Shown one piece after another: positions 37,977 through 48,794 of a DNA stretch of 64,000 nucleotides. Within the stretch, counting starts at the first letter, position 1; the number at the start of each line of letters is the position of its first letter. The position numbers were made by a program, and so were the translations under genes. This DNA comes from Spirochaetia bacterium (GTDB lineage: Bacteria; Spirochaetota; Spirochaetia; CADAEX01): the NCBI GenBank assembly GCA_963662795.1, contig OY759746.1, positions 704,001 to 768,000 of the forward strand. The letters are read 5' to 3'. The notes below the pieces were generated by a model, which worked only from the letters and a program-made list of their open reading frames with translations, was not told the origin of the DNA and made no database searches.

Positions 37977-40283
37977 TTATTTTGCCAGATTTATCTGGGC
38001 AGTTACCGGTACTATCTCATAACCCGAAGCTATCAGATCATTTATAAGAACCTCAATACACTGGAAAAGATAATCCGCCCTTCCGTTTTCAGGCTTTCCG
38101 ATTGTAATCGGAATAATCGAGCCTGGTTTTTTATCAGCAGATATGGATTCAAGAAGCTGAGATGCCGGTTTGTAAAACTGACCGGTTCCATAGCTGGTAT
38201 CCCTGTCAGATTTTGAATCAAGCGATATAATATCCCTTCCAATATAAGTATAATTCATCTTTCCGGCAGCCTCAATCATCATTGAATTGACAAAATAATT
38301 TGGAGCGTGCCAGAAAAGTGATAATTCACGTCCTGTAGTCCTGAAATACTCATCCTCATTGCGCGCAAGACCTTTTACTATAAAATCACTGTCTATTCCA
38401 TACCTTGAATCGGTTAAATCAAAGTAATAGTAAAAAAGGGATCCTGTCTCATGTCCCGAATCAGCTATTTCACTCACACCTCCCGGATGTCTCTTTATGA
38501 AATCTCCGCTGACAAAAAAGGTAGCCTTAATTCCGTAATCAGAGAGAACATTGAGGATTTCCGTAAGACCGCTGTCATCCTTTACCGCGTTAAAAACAAG
38601 GGAAATATATCTGCCGCGGGTGCGTGACCCGTGTTTGAAATTTTTGGTATCTACCGGTTCCTCCGTTTTGGGAATGGGATCATAGTTTATTGAAGGCAGC
38701 GGAAAAAGCGCTTCAGTTTTATAGCCCTTGATATCCCTTAAATATACAATATTTTTATAGCTCCCGCCGGGATAGTTTTCCAGATAGAGACGGTATAAAT
38801 CAGAATCATTTACTGCTTCGGAAAATGTTACAGGAGAAGTACCGCTCCATCCGCCGCTTCCGTCCCACCTGAAATAATTCCCGTCCGTCCTGCATATAAT
38901 CGATCTGGAAGGAGCCTGATATCCGAAAGCTTCCGCCTGGGATACGGTAATAAGATCTTTTTCCCCTGTCCTTGTTTTTCTCATTTCTGAAACATTTTTA
39001 CCAAAGATTGCAATATCTTCATTATTAAGCCAGATTACATGCATCGGCGTGTTAAAATCATATTCGCGGAAGGTCACCCAGCTCTGATGCCATTTTATGC
39101 TTACGCCGCTTTCCCTTATCAGGGCAATCTTGCTGCCGTCCGCAGAGAGGGCCATTCCAAAAACACCGGTCTCATCAAGTCTTATAAAATCCGGTTCTCC
39201 CCCTGCACTGTCTGTCAAAAGACGGAAAATTGCCGTCTCTTTTTTCCCTTTTATTATTGTTGATGTCAGCACGGTAACAATACCGTCCTCTCCCCAGACC
39301 AGTTCCTTTATCATGGTATTGCGCGGAAGGAAAATATGGGGAAGAGATTTGACATCCTTCAGGCTGAAAAAAACATCCTTATCAAGGCGGTAATAGAAAA
39401 GGTTTCTCCCCCCCTTGCTGATTATAATTTCCGAACCTCCCGGAGATATCCAGTAATTGTCAAAATTGGGATCATAGATAAATGGAATCTTGCCAAGCGC
39501 TTCGCCGGTGTCGATATATTCACTGTAAAGGGAAGTTGTAAAGATTTCAGAGCTTCTTATCTTGAAAACAAAAGAATCTTTCAGGAAAAACAGGTTGTTT
39601 CCCGACCATACAGCGTTGTTGATTCTTCCGCTGCCGGTTTTTCTGAAATTCTCGGCAACAGAACTGCCTGGAGAAGAAGGGTCAACTGTATGATAATAAA
39701 GAGTCCCGCTTTTCTCATAAATAAGTATTTTAGAATCGCCCGACCATTTGACTTTCGGTTTTCCGTAGCAGTACTCCACATTGGAAGAGATTATTGTCTC
39801 CTTGTTTTTAATCAGGTCAAGAAGAACAAGGTTCCCGTACCCGGGGGAGGTTTTTACCATATAGACAAGCCAGCCGCCGTCGGGAGATGCGTCAGTCCCT
39901 GAAATCTTTCCTGTCTGCACCTGGCTTCCGTTGACAAATGCGGGGAACTCAAGAACAGGCTGGAATCTTTTAAGCGTGGTATCGCTTCTGAAAACACCGA
40001 ATCTGTTGCTGATCTGGATAATCCCTTTTTCAGAAAGGTAAAGCACATTTTCAGGAAAAAACGTAAGCTGCTGCATAATCTTTGTATCAAGTTCAGCCTG
40101 AAATACAGTATTATAGCTGCTTATCCGGGTTTCCCCCGGCAGGTCCACATCAGCAGTGAAAAATGCTTCTTTCGGGGAATAAAGATTTATTCCTCCAAAA
40201 CGTACCTCTGCGTGCAGTGAAAACAAGGGCAAAAATAACAGGGCCACCAGAACAGAATGGCATAAAAAATTCTTTCTTTTCAT
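37977..40283 (-). CDS. Exported protein with beta-propeller-like region and C-terminal polysaccharide deacetylase-like domain
   Basis: Signal peptide; ISLVFN, KATFFVSG, SGHE.GS, PGSII; catalytic Asp/His look degenerate. Confidence 0.75.
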   Translation of the reverse strand: MKRKNFLCHSVLVALLFLPLFSLHAEVRFGGINLYSPKEAFFTADVDLPGETRISSYNTVFQAELDTKIMQQLTFFPENVLYLSEKGIIQISNRFGVFRSDTTLKRFQPVLEFPAFVNGSQVQTGKISGTDASPDGGWLVYMVKTSPGYGNLVLLDLIKNKETIISSNVEYCYGKPKVKWSGDSKILIYEKSGTLYYHTVDPSSPGSSVAENFRKTGSGRINNAVWSGNNLFFLKDSFVFKIRSSEIFTTSLYSEYIDTGEALGKIPFIYDPNFDNYWISPGGSEIIISKGGRNLFYYRLDKDVFFSLKDVKSLPHIFLPRNTMIKELVWGEDGIVTVLTSTIIKGKKETAIFRLLTDSAGGEPDFIRLDETGVFGMALSADGSKIALIRESGVSIKWHQSWVTFREYDFNTPMHVIWLNNEDIAIFGKNVSEMRKTRTGEKDLITVSQAEAFGYQAPSRSIICRTDGNYFRWDGSGGWSGTSPVTFSEAVNDSDLYRLYLENYPGGSYKNIVYLRDIKGYKTEALFPLPSINYDPIPKTEEPVDTKNFKHGSRTRGRYISLVFNAVKDDSGLTEILNVLSDYGIKATFFVSGDFIKRHPGGVSEIADSGHETGSLFYYYFDLTDSRYGIDSDFIVKGLARNEDEYFRTTGRELSLFWHAPNYFVNSMMIEAAGKMNYTYIGRDIISLDSKSDRDTSYGTGQFYKPASQLLESISADKKPGSIIPITIGKPENGRADYLFQCIEVLINDLIASGYEIVPVTAQINLAK

Positions 40284-40571
40284 AGATATAAGATTTTCGG
40301 CAAAAATCAAGCTTTTATTCATGAAAAATTTATCCTGAATTACTGAGATTTACAGCAATTACCGCCAATTACTGTAAATCATCATGGCTTATCGCGCTTT
40401 AGACTGCCTTATGCCGAAATCCAAAGTTCTTTTCATGAATAGAATCAGCTTTGCCCCTGTATTCAATGAAATAACAAAATATCAATAATACCCTATATTG
40501 ATATCAAGGCCGTTTCTTTGCTATTATAAAAACCGTTAATCATCTTTGTGATTATAATAAAAGGAGAAATA

Positions 40572-41396
40572 ATGAAAACAGCAATCAGAAAGTACTTTGT
40601 CATCATTATGGCAATCGCGGTACTTTTCAGTGCAGCTTCAATACTTGCGGGATGCAAAAAAGAAGCAAAATCAGCAGATACCTCTCTTGAGGATGTCAAG
40701 GCAAAAGGATTTTTTATACTTGGACTTGACGACAGCTTCCCCCCTATGGGATTCAGGGATGAGGCCGGCAACATAACAGGGTTTGATATCGACATGGCAA
40801 AAGCTGCCGCAAAGAAGATGGGTGTTGAGCTCAAAATCCAGCCTGTGGACTGGGACGGAGTAATACTGAGCCTTGATAAAGGCGATATAGACCTTATCTG
40901 GAACGGTATGACAATTACGGAGGAAAGAAAGGCAAAAATTATATTCTCTAAACCCTATCTTGCAAACACCCAGGCTATAGCTGTTCTTTCAGGTTCAGCG
41001 ATTGCTTCAAAAGCAGATCTTGCAGGCAAGGCAGTCGGCGTTCAGCTTGGAAGCCCGAGCGAAGACGCGATAGCAGCCGATACTGAGGTCGGCGGAAAAA
41101 CCGGGGAAATAAGAAAATACGGCAAATATCCTGAAGCGCTTCTTGATCTTTCAGCAGGAAGAATCGATGCGGTAGTAGGGGATGCAATACTGATAAGATA
41201 CTATCTTTCGAAAAAACCCGGGGAATACAAGGTTCTTGCAGATCACTTCGGAGCGGAAGAATACGGAATCGGTTTCAGAAAAGCTGACAGCAGTTTCAGG
41301 GATGCAATAGACGCAGCCATTGACGAGATGAGAAAAGACGGAACAGCAGCAGAGATTTCAAAAACATGGTTCGGTGAAAACATAGTCCTGCAATAG
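40572..41396 (+). CDS. Polar amino acid ABC transporter substrate-binding lipoprotein
   Basis: LAGC lipobox, GLDDSFPPMGF, GFDID, EEYGIGFRK. Confidence 0.93.
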   Translation: MKTAIRKYFVIIMAIAVLFSAASILAGCKKEAKSADTSLEDVKAKGFFILGLDDSFPPMGFRDEAGNITGFDIDMAKAAAKKMGVELKIQPVDWDGVILSLDKGDIDLIWNGMTITEERKAKIIFSKPYLANTQAIAVLSGSAIASKADLAGKAVGVQLGSPSEDAIAADTEVGGKTGEIRKYGKYPEALLDLSAGRIDAVVGDAILIRYYLSKKPGEYKVLADHFGAEEYGIGFRKADSSFRDAIDAAIDEMRKDGTAAEISKTWFGENIVLQ

Positions 41397-41399
41397 GCT

Positions 41400-42047
41400 G
41401 TGATGATAGATTATATTATTGCTACAACAGGCTACATCCTTAAAGGGTGCGGCCTGACTTTAAGCCTTTTTGCAGTAACAGCCCTCGGCTCGGTACCGCT
41501 CGCGATACTTTTCGCGCTCGGCCGGGTATCGGGGCCTAAATACCTGGACAGGACTTTAGGGGTTTATGCCTGGGTGTTCAGGGGAACTCCCCTGCTTCTG
41601 CAGCTTTTCTTTATCTACTACGGGCTTTCGATTTTCGGAATCTCCCTGAAACCTTTTACGGCCGCTTCCCTTACCTTTGTAATAAACTATGCAGCATACC
41701 TCATGGAGATATTCCGCTCAGGAATACAGTCGATAGACAGGGGGCAGTATGAAGCGGCAAAAGCCCTCAACATGACATATACCCAGACGATGAGAAGGAT
41801 AATCCTGCCTCAGGCTTTAAAAAGGACAATACCGCCCTGCTGCAACGAGTCAATAACGCTTGTCAAGGATACCGCCCTTGTAATTGTAATAGGAATGGGG
41901 GATCTTTTGCGTTCGGCCAAAGAAGTATTTACCCGGGACTTCAGGATAACACCTTTTGTAATAGCTGCGATAATCTACCTGATAATGACCAGCGGCGTGA
42001 TTGCGGTATTCAGAAAAATTGAAGACAGGCTGGGGGTTTATGAATGA
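41400..42047 (+). CDS. Polar amino acid ABC transporter permease
   Basis: FRGTPLLLQL, EIFRSGI.SI..GQ.EAA, ILPQA. Confidence 0.95.
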   Translation: MMIDYIIATTGYILKGCGLTLSLFAVTALGSVPLAILFALGRVSGPKYLDRTLGVYAWVFRGTPLLLQLFFIYYGLSIFGISLKPFTAASLTFVINYAAYLMEIFRSGIQSIDRGQYEAAKALNMTYTQTMRRIILPQALKRTIPPCCNESITLVKDTALVIVIGMGDLLRSAKEVFTRDFRITPFVIAAIIYLIMTSGVIAVFRKIEDRLGVYE

Positions 42048-42805
42048 TTAAAATAATCAGCATGAAAGATGTATGCAAAAACTTCGGCCCTGTAAAAGCA
42101 CTTGATAATGTAAATCTTGAAGTTTCAGAAGGAGAGGTTATCTCGATAATCGGCCCTTCAGGAAGCGGAAAAAGCACGCTGCTCAGATCGATAAACCAGC
42201 TTGAAAAGATTGATTCAGGCAGGATTGAAATAGAGGGCGAACCGGTAATAAGCATAACGCCGGCCGGTGTACACGAGCACATACCCAGAAAACAGATAAC
42301 GAGGCTAAACAAAAAACTCGGCATGGTGTTTCAGCATTTCAATCTGTTCCCGCATAAAACTGTAATTGAAAATATTACAGAAGCGCCAATCATTGTAAAC
42401 AAAATGAAGGCATCCGACGCTGAAGGCATCGCCCTTAAGCTGCTTGAGACTGTCGGCCTAACTGACAAAAAAGATGTATACCCGTCCCGGATTTCAGGGG
42501 GACAGAAACAAAGGGTCGCCATAGCGCGCGCCCTTGGAATGCAGCCCGACATACTGCTCTGCGACGAGCCTACCTCCGCCCTTGACCCCGAACTTGTCGG
42601 GGAAGTCCTTGCGACACTGAGAAAGCTTGCCCGCGAAAAAATGACAATGATTGTCGTTACCCACGAAATGGCTTTTGCCCGTGAAATTTCGGACAGGATT
42701 ATCTTTATGGACGAAGGCAGAATCCTTGCTGACGGACTTCCTGATCAGGTACTTGGGACCCCTGAGCATCCCCGCATAAGGGAGTTTGTGAAAAAGTTTA
42801 TTTAG
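42044..42805 (+). CDS. Polar amino acid ABC transporter ATP-binding protein (GlnQ-like)
   Basis: GPSGSGKS, FQHFNLFPH, SGGQKQR, DEPTSALDPE. Confidence 0.95.
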   Translation: MIKIISMKDVCKNFGPVKALDNVNLEVSEGEVISIIGPSGSGKSTLLRSINQLEKIDSGRIEIEGEPVISITPAGVHEHIPRKQITRLNKKLGMVFQHFNLFPHKTVIENITEAPIIVNKMKASDAEGIALKLLETVGLTDKKDVYPSRISGGQKQRVAIARALGMQPDILLCDEPTSALDPELVGEVLATLRKLAREKMTMIVVTHEMAFAREISDRIIFMDEGRILADGLPDQVLGTPEHPRIREFVKKFI

Positions 42806-43022
42806 TAGTCGTTTTTCCAGAGGTAAACAGGCAGAGGATCAATACTTATGCTCAGGATAGCATTGAATTTAAGCCATCCATAATCATTTTTTAAAAAGCT
42901 TTTTTGCTCAACCGCACTTTTCATCATTCAGACCGCACATTAAATCAACCTCAGGCAGACTGTTCCGTGTAATAATCTGATTATTCCGCGCTGGTTATGG
43001 TGTGCGGATAAAGGAGTTATTA

Positions 43023-43490
43023 ATGGATATAGCGCTTAAAGCAATTGGCACAATCAAGTCAGGAAAATCTTTCTCAGTAGAACTGTATCATGAGTATGCC
43101 GCGGGATTAAAGGGTCTAAGCGGTTTCAGTCATGTGCTGATCATATGGTACGCGGACAAGGCGCCAGTTTGGGAAAACCCACATCTTCTTGTGGATAAAC
43201 CTTACCGTCTGACGCCGGATACATTAGGCATATTTGCTACCCGCTCACCGTACCGGCCTAACAGTATCTGCGTAAGCATAGCAGCCGTATCGTCAGTCAA
43301 TGAAGAAAAAGGAGTTGTAAAACTATGGTGGACCGATGCGGAAGATGGAACGCCGGTGATCGATATAAAGCCGTATCATCCCAGTTCAGATGTTGTCAGA
43401 AACGTAAAATTGCCGGATTGGTGTTCCCATTGGCCACTCTGTTTTGAGGAAAGCGCCAAATTCCAGTGGGATAAAGAATTTTTATTCTGA
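43023..43490 (+). CDS. TrmO/TsaA (YaeB)-family SAM-binding protein
   Basis: GL.GFSH, GIFATRSPYRPNSI, DAEDGTPVIDIKPY; AAGGAG RBS. Confidence 0.88.
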   Translation: MDIALKAIGTIKSGKSFSVELYHEYAAGLKGLSGFSHVLIIWYADKAPVWENPHLLVDKPYRLTPDTLGIFATRSPYRPNSICVSIAAVSSVNEEKGVVKLWWTDAEDGTPVIDIKPYHPSSDVVRNVKLPDWCSHWPLCFEESAKFQWDKEFLF

Positions 43491-43495
43491 AACAG

Positions 43496-44353
43496 TTATG
43501 AGAGATCAACCGGAATATATATTTCAGTTGTATCACCTCTATCTGAATACCTCTGGAATTCCCAGAAATCCAGAGGTTTAATTTCGTGCGAGGCAAACCA
43601 GTCCTGATAAATAAACCGATAGGTTTCATAAAGCGCTGAAACATCTCCCTTGTGCAGGAAACTGATATATGAAGAGGCCGGTACTTCTCTTGTTGTAAAA
43701 AAAGGTATCTGGACTGCGCCGGGAGCTGTTTCCAGGGCACAGAGTATCGACATTCCGCCCGGCGGTTCACAATCACACCAGGCGGAGAACTGACAGAATG
43801 TTTCCGGCAAAACCCTTCCTGAAATCATTTTTTCTGCCCGCATGAAAGCTGCCCAGTGTTTATGAAACGACCTTGTGCCCTCTTCAATATAAAACGGCAG
43901 CCCTGTTATGTAAAATGCATCCAGGCTGATTATTTCCGGCTCACGGGGAACAAGATTAATTGTTCCCTTTTTCATTTCTGGAACAGCCCTGATTACCTTT
44001 TCAAACGGTAAATATCTGAGATCACGCACACGAGCCGGTGAAAATCCGAACCGTTTTCTGAATGCCCTGGAGAAAGTTTCATAATTCATAAATCCTGCAT
44101 TCTGCGCAATAACGGCAAGCGGCAGTCTTGTATCCGCTATCATTTTTGCCGCTTCAGAAAGAATCCTTCCCGAAATATATTCTTTGGGATAAACACCTGT
44201 TACCGCATAAAAAAGACGTGTAAAGTGATATACGGAATATCCGGTCAGTTTCGCAAGTTCAGCGACAGTTTTTATGATATTTCCGCTTTCCGATATAACA
44301 AGTGAATTTTCGAAAAGCTTTATCGCTTCGCAGATATATTCATATCCGGTCAT
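43496..44353 (-). CDS. AraC-family regulator with GyrI-like effector domain
   Basis: GYSVYHFTRLF, ETFSRAFRKRFG.SP, F.HKG...L..TY..IY..W, EIYIPV. Confidence 0.88.
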   Translation of the reverse strand: MTGYEYICEAIKLFENSLVISESGNIIKTVAELAKLTGYSVYHFTRLFYAVTGVYPKEYISGRILSEAAKMIADTRLPLAVIAQNAGFMNYETFSRAFRKRFGFSPARVRDLRYLPFEKVIRAVPEMKKGTINLVPREPEIISLDAFYITGLPFYIEEGTRSFHKHWAAFMRAEKMISGRVLPETFCQFSAWCDCEPPGGMSILCALETAPGAVQIPFFTTREVPASSYISFLHKGDVSALYETYRFIYQDWFASHEIKPLDFWEFQRYSDRGDTTEIYIPVDLS

Positions 44354-44404
44354 AATTTTCAGTATATAATAATACCGGTTCATGAATAAAGAGCCGGCAT
44401 CAAC

Positions 44405-45595
44405 CTATTCCCTTAGTGAAACGATTTTATCCACGATCATTACAATAACAGCTTCCGGGTAATGGGGCGGAATCAGTGTATAGGGCCACCTGTGTTTTGT
44501 GATAATGTCTTTTTCAAGGGAAGAAATCGGTCCGAATAAAAATCCGGAGTCTTTGACTGATTTATCCCTGTTTTCACCTTCCCTCAGGATGTGCTCATCT
44601 GCCTTATCCAGCTTCATCATATGGTATTCAAAATTCCTGAGAAGGGCGCCGCGCACTGTCGCCTTTTCATTCATTTTTAATTTTCCGGCAATCCGGTATG
44701 CGAGGTATGCCGATGCCGTATTGTGGTCAAAGACGCTCCTGCCATTATTACCTATTAACTTCAGCTTTTGATAATCCGGGTGATCAATAATTGCTTTCGC
44801 TATTTTAAGAAAATCCTCATCAGTCTGCCAGCGTTTGTGCAGGTTTTCTTTTTCACCCGGGAGATTGATGAACTCCCCTGCCCATTGCCCTGTTTTTTTC
44901 ATAACAAGGGAAGAGAGCCTGTGCCACCGCCTCTTGACCGGAATGGACAAATCAGGGAACTGTCTCATCGGCCGTATAAGGAGTTTAAGGTCTTTTATGG
45001 AAAGGTTCATTCTGAATATTCCGGAAAGATCCGCATGTTTTTCGCTTGTAAACATCCTCCTGATCCTGCTTGAATATCTCAGGTAAAGGCGGGAAGATAA
45101 CGCAAGATCAGATAAAAAATATAAAAAAAGAACTGCGGAAAAGCTGCTGCGGAATTTACCGGGGAAACCGGTTATGATATTTATCAGGGCCGGCTGAAAC
45201 CAGCGGATTTGAAAAGCTGCAAGAAGAGCCCAAATGATAGACAGCTTAAGGCATATCCTCCCTTTGATATTGAACCGGTATTTTGAGTAATCCCACAGCT
45301 TAATGGAAAAGACATTCTCCATAATTAAAGATGTCAGATATTCAAGGGCAGTAAGAACAATTGAGCAGAAGACAATCACAACCGGGAACGCAAAGCCCTG
45401 AAGATAAAACGAAGAGGCGTAGATCAGCACTCCCCCGAACCCGTATACCGGGACAAAAGGGCCGTAAAGGAAACCCGCATTTTTAAACGGGGCATCCTGG
45501 TAAAGCCTGAATATTATTGATTCAAGTACCCAGCCCATGAAGGAACAGACAGAGAAATAGATAATAAAAGAAGATATATCCTGAAATTCTTCCAT
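44405..45595 (-). CDS. CmpB/TMEM229-like membrane protein fused to degenerate HD domain
   Basis: SFMGW..E, GFLYGPF.PVYG.G, LWDYS...NI.GRICL; C-terminal RGALLRNF, EKDII.KH.WP, DK. Confidence 0.75.
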   Translation of the reverse strand: MEEFQDISSFIIYFSVCSFMGWVLESIIFRLYQDAPFKNAGFLYGPFVPVYGFGGVLIYASSFYLQGFAFPVVIVFCSIVLTALEYLTSLIMENVFSIKLWDYSKYRFNIKGRICLKLSIIWALLAAFQIRWFQPALINIITGFPGKFRSSFSAVLFLYFLSDLALSSRLYLRYSSRIRRMFTSEKHADLSGIFRMNLSIKDLKLLIRPMRQFPDLSIPVKRRWHRLSSLVMKKTGQWAGEFINLPGEKENLHKRWQTDEDFLKIAKAIIDHPDYQKLKLIGNNGRSVFDHNTASAYLAYRIAGKLKMNEKATVRGALLRNFEYHMMKLDKADEHILREGENRDKSVKDSGFLFGPISSLEKDIITKHRWPYTLIPPHYPEAVIVMIVDKIVSLRE

Positions 45596-45751
45596 TCCCG
45601 CCTCCCGGAAGCGGCATACATCTTATTTAAATTTACCGGAAAACATCTGCAGAATCAAATTTATAAAACCATGACTCAGGCTGAGCAGCAAGGGGAAAAA
45701 AACTTGCAGGGGATTGCCCGTTCCTTTAAAAAGGGTTATAACAGTCCTGTC

Positions 45752-46633
45752 ATGCAGAGCCTGTACGGTTTTCTTCTTATATTTTTATCAGCAGTTTCAT
45801 TCGGTGCGATCCCCGTATTTACGGAATTCGTATACAGGGAAGGGGTAAACACTCAAAGCCTTCTCTTCCTCCGTTTTGCAATTGCATCAGTCTTAATATG
45901 GGCAATAGTCCTTTCAGGAGGGAAGAAATTGCCGCGCGGCAAAGATATTCTGATACTGTTCCTGCTCGGATTTCTTGGATACTCAGGCCAGTCTTTCTCA
46001 TATTTCAAGGCTCTTAAATTTATCCCTCCCGCCCTGGTTGCGATACTGCTATATCTCTATCCTGTATTCGTTACGCTTCTTTCAACTTTTATTCTAAAAG
46101 AGAGGATAACGAAGCGGAAAATCACAGCCCTTTTTCTTGCGGTGGCAGGCACTATCCTTGTCATCGGTATTCAGAAAGGGACAGACATACGGGGAATACT
46201 ACTGGGTATCAGCGCCGCAGTCATATATTCAGTTTATATTATAACAAGCTCAAAGGTGTTAAAAAGAAACAATACATTATCTTCAACTGCTGTTATAACA
46301 TCATCTTCAGCCGCTTTCTTTCTGACTTTCTGCATAAAAACAGAACTCATCCTCCCTTCATCCCCATTTGGCTGGATGAATATGATTCTGATAGCAGTCG
46401 TTTCAACTGCCGTCGCGGTTTATGCATTTTTTGCAGGGGTAAAACTTATCGGGGCAGTTAATTCATCCATGATATCGACGTTCGAGCCGGTTGCGACAAT
46501 GTTTCTTGCCTCTCTGGTCTTTAATTATCGGATAACGGCACTTCAGAGTACAGGTACGGCACTTATTGTCGCGGCTGCGATACTGCTTTCATTCAGGGAA
46601 AGAAAACACACTGCCGCAAGGGTTAAATCATGA
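45752..46633 (+). CDS. DMT/EamA-family transporter
   Basis: 10 TM helices, LRF, LYLYP.FV, LKE, FEPV. Confidence 0.9.
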   Translation: MQSLYGFLLIFLSAVSFGAIPVFTEFVYREGVNTQSLLFLRFAIASVLIWAIVLSGGKKLPRGKDILILFLLGFLGYSGQSFSYFKALKFIPPALVAILLYLYPVFVTLLSTFILKERITKRKITALFLAVAGTILVIGIQKGTDIRGILLGISAAVIYSVYIITSSKVLKRNNTLSSTAVITSSSAAFFLTFCIKTELILPSSPFGWMNMILIAVVSTAVAVYAFFAGVKLIGAVNSSMISTFEPVATMFLASLVFNYRITALQSTGTALIVAAAILLSFRERKHTAARVKS

Positions 46634-46722
46634 AAAATTCCTCAGACGGGGGCCCCACGGAATCAAACCTAAGGCTGTCTCTTGCAGGACAGGTATAAAA
46701 AATTTATTATTTTAAGCAGATT

Positions 46723-48057
46723 ATGATAATAAAAACTGAACAGAATATAATATTGCTTTATTTCTTATCTCTTATAGCCACCGGGACTTTACTACTGAAA
46801 CTCCCGGGAAGCTGGAGCGGTCAAAATAATTTAGAGCTTGTTGACGCCTTTTTCACTTCAGCATCCGCGGTATGTGTGACCGGACTAATAACAGTAGACA
46901 CAGCCCGGTTTTCAGGGTTCGGGCAGCTTGTAATTGCCGCATTAATTCAGCTCGGCGGGCTGGGACTTATAAGCTTCAGCTCCTTTTATCTTGTATTGCG
47001 GTCAAAAGGGCCGAGCATAAAAGGCGGGAAAATAATACAGGAATATTTTCTTGATTCAATAGAGTATGAACCGCTTGATATCGTAAAACAGATTATCATG
47101 ATGACAGTAACGGTTGAACTGATTGGCGCAGTGTTTCTATACCAGGTATTCAAATATGAGAATATTGACAATCCGGTTTTTACTTCAGTATTTCACTCAA
47201 TTTCAGCTTTCTGCAATGCCGGCTTTTCAACATTTCCCAATAGTCTGGAAAATTACAGCGGTAATTTCATAATTAATATTACGGTAATGATATTGATAAT
47301 TTCAGGGGGCATAGGTTTTGTTGTATTCCGGGATATACTGAAAACACTTTTAAGGGTAAACAGAAAAAAGCACTTAACCGTGCATTCAAAAATAGTTCTT
47401 CTAACTTCCCTGCTTCTTATCCTGACTGGCGCATTTTTATTATTTTTCATTGAAAACGCCAATTATTTCGCCGAACGTAATTTAAGGGAAAAAATTTTAA
47501 TATCTTTTTTCCATTCTGTAACATCAAGAACCGCAGGCTTTAACACAGTCCCGGTGAATGATCTTAATATCGCATCCCAGCTGACAATTATCCCTTTAAT
47601 GTTCATAGGCGGATCTCCGGGTTCCATCGCCGGGGGAATAAAGGTAACAACTTTTTTTATAATTATACTTATATTAGTCAGGGACATGGATGACAGGAAA
47701 AACATAACAATTTTCAAAAGGAATATCCCGGCGGGAACAATTTTCAAGGCTTTGATATTCACACTGAAGGCTTTTTCGCTGCTTGTTTTGGGCATATTCC
47801 TCCTGACAATATCCGAACATTTTTTCAATCCCCGTCATCTGACTCTTATTGAGATTATTTTCGAATGTTTTTCAGCTTTCGGGACAGTCGGTCTTTCTCT
47901 CGGAATTACACAGTATTTATCTGTTAACGGCAAGCTTATAATTATTTTCATTATGTTATGCGGCCGTTTCGGTCTGCTGATTATCGCGATGAATATTTTT
48001 CAGAAAAACAGGAAATTAAAAATTGATTATCCTGAAGAGGAGGTTTTAATAGGCTGA
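46723..48057 (+). CDS. Ktr/Trk potassium uptake membrane subunit (KtrB/TrkH)
   Basis: SAVCVTGL, SAFCNAGF, RTAGFN, GGIKVTT, SAFGTVGLSLG. Confidence 0.95.
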   Translation: MIIKTEQNIILLYFLSLIATGTLLLKLPGSWSGQNNLELVDAFFTSASAVCVTGLITVDTARFSGFGQLVIAALIQLGGLGLISFSSFYLVLRSKGPSIKGGKIIQEYFLDSIEYEPLDIVKQIIMMTVTVELIGAVFLYQVFKYENIDNPVFTSVFHSISAFCNAGFSTFPNSLENYSGNFIINITVMILIISGGIGFVVFRDILKTLLRVNRKKHLTVHSKIVLLTSLLLILTGAFLLFFIENANYFAERNLREKILISFFHSVTSRTAGFNTVPVNDLNIASQLTIIPLMFIGGSPGSIAGGIKVTTFFIIILILVRDMDDRKNITIFKRNIPAGTIFKALIFTLKAFSLLVLGIFLLTISEHFFNPRHLTLIEIIFECFSAFGTVGLSLGITQYLSVNGKLIIIFIMLCGRFGLLIIAMNIFQKNRKLKIDYPEEEVLIG

Positions 48058-48788
48058 TGAAAAAAATATGCATTATTGGAATTGATACTTTCGGCAAACA
48101 CATTCTTGAAATACTTATAAAAATGGATACTGATCTTATCATCATTGACCGCAACAAAAACATAATACAGGACTATAAGGACCGCGTATCGGCATCCTAC
48201 ATAATTGATGTCACTAACTTTGAATCGGTAAAAAAAGTCATTCCGAAAGGTCTTGATATTGCAATTGTTGATCTTGGTAAAAATATAGAATCCTCGATTC
48301 TTGTCACCAGTCATCTCAAAAAATTAGGCATTCCCCAGATAGTGGTAAGAGCGGAATCAGATCAGCACGGAAGTATCCTTGACATGATCGGAGCCACAAA
48401 GGTGATTTATCCCAACAGGGAAGCAGCAAAAAGATCAGTTCCTCTTCTTTTATCAGAGCTGATTTTAAATTATATTGAGATTAATAATGAGATAATAATA
48501 ACTGAAATCATTTTACCTGGCTCCTATGACGGAAAAAACGCGCTGGAACTGGATTTAAGAAATAAATACGGCATTAATATCATAGCGGTAAAAAATAAAA
48601 ACGAAGAGGAATACAGGTTCTATAACGCAAAGGACAGGTTTAAAAACGGGGATACAGCCATTATTGCCGGCAGTGAATCGAATATAATGAAGATATTGAA
48701 TATTTCAGAAAGAAAACTTAAAAAAGAAATTTTCTTTAGCATAAAAAGTTTTTTTTCTTTTTTCAGGAGTAAAAATAAGAATATCTGA
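48057..48788 (+). CDS. Ktr/Trk RCK regulatory subunit (KtrA/TrkA)
   Basis: IIGIDTFG Rossmann-like, IGATKVIYP, LDLRNKYGINIIA TrkA-C. Confidence 0.9.
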   Translation: MKKICIIGIDTFGKHILEILIKMDTDLIIIDRNKNIIQDYKDRVSASYIIDVTNFESVKKVIPKGLDIAIVDLGKNIESSILVTSHLKKLGIPQIVVRAESDQHGSILDMIGATKVIYPNREAAKRSVPLLLSELILNYIEINNEIIITEIILPGSYDGKNALELDLRNKYGINIIAVKNKNEEEYRFYNAKDRFKNGDTAIIAGSESNIMKILNISERKLKKEIFFSIKSFFSFFRSKNKNI

Positions 48789-48794
48789 AGCCTC

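Noticed and set aside
40493-40834. 113-aa minus-strand ORF
   Set aside because: Antisense to the amino-acid-binding lipoprotein gene.
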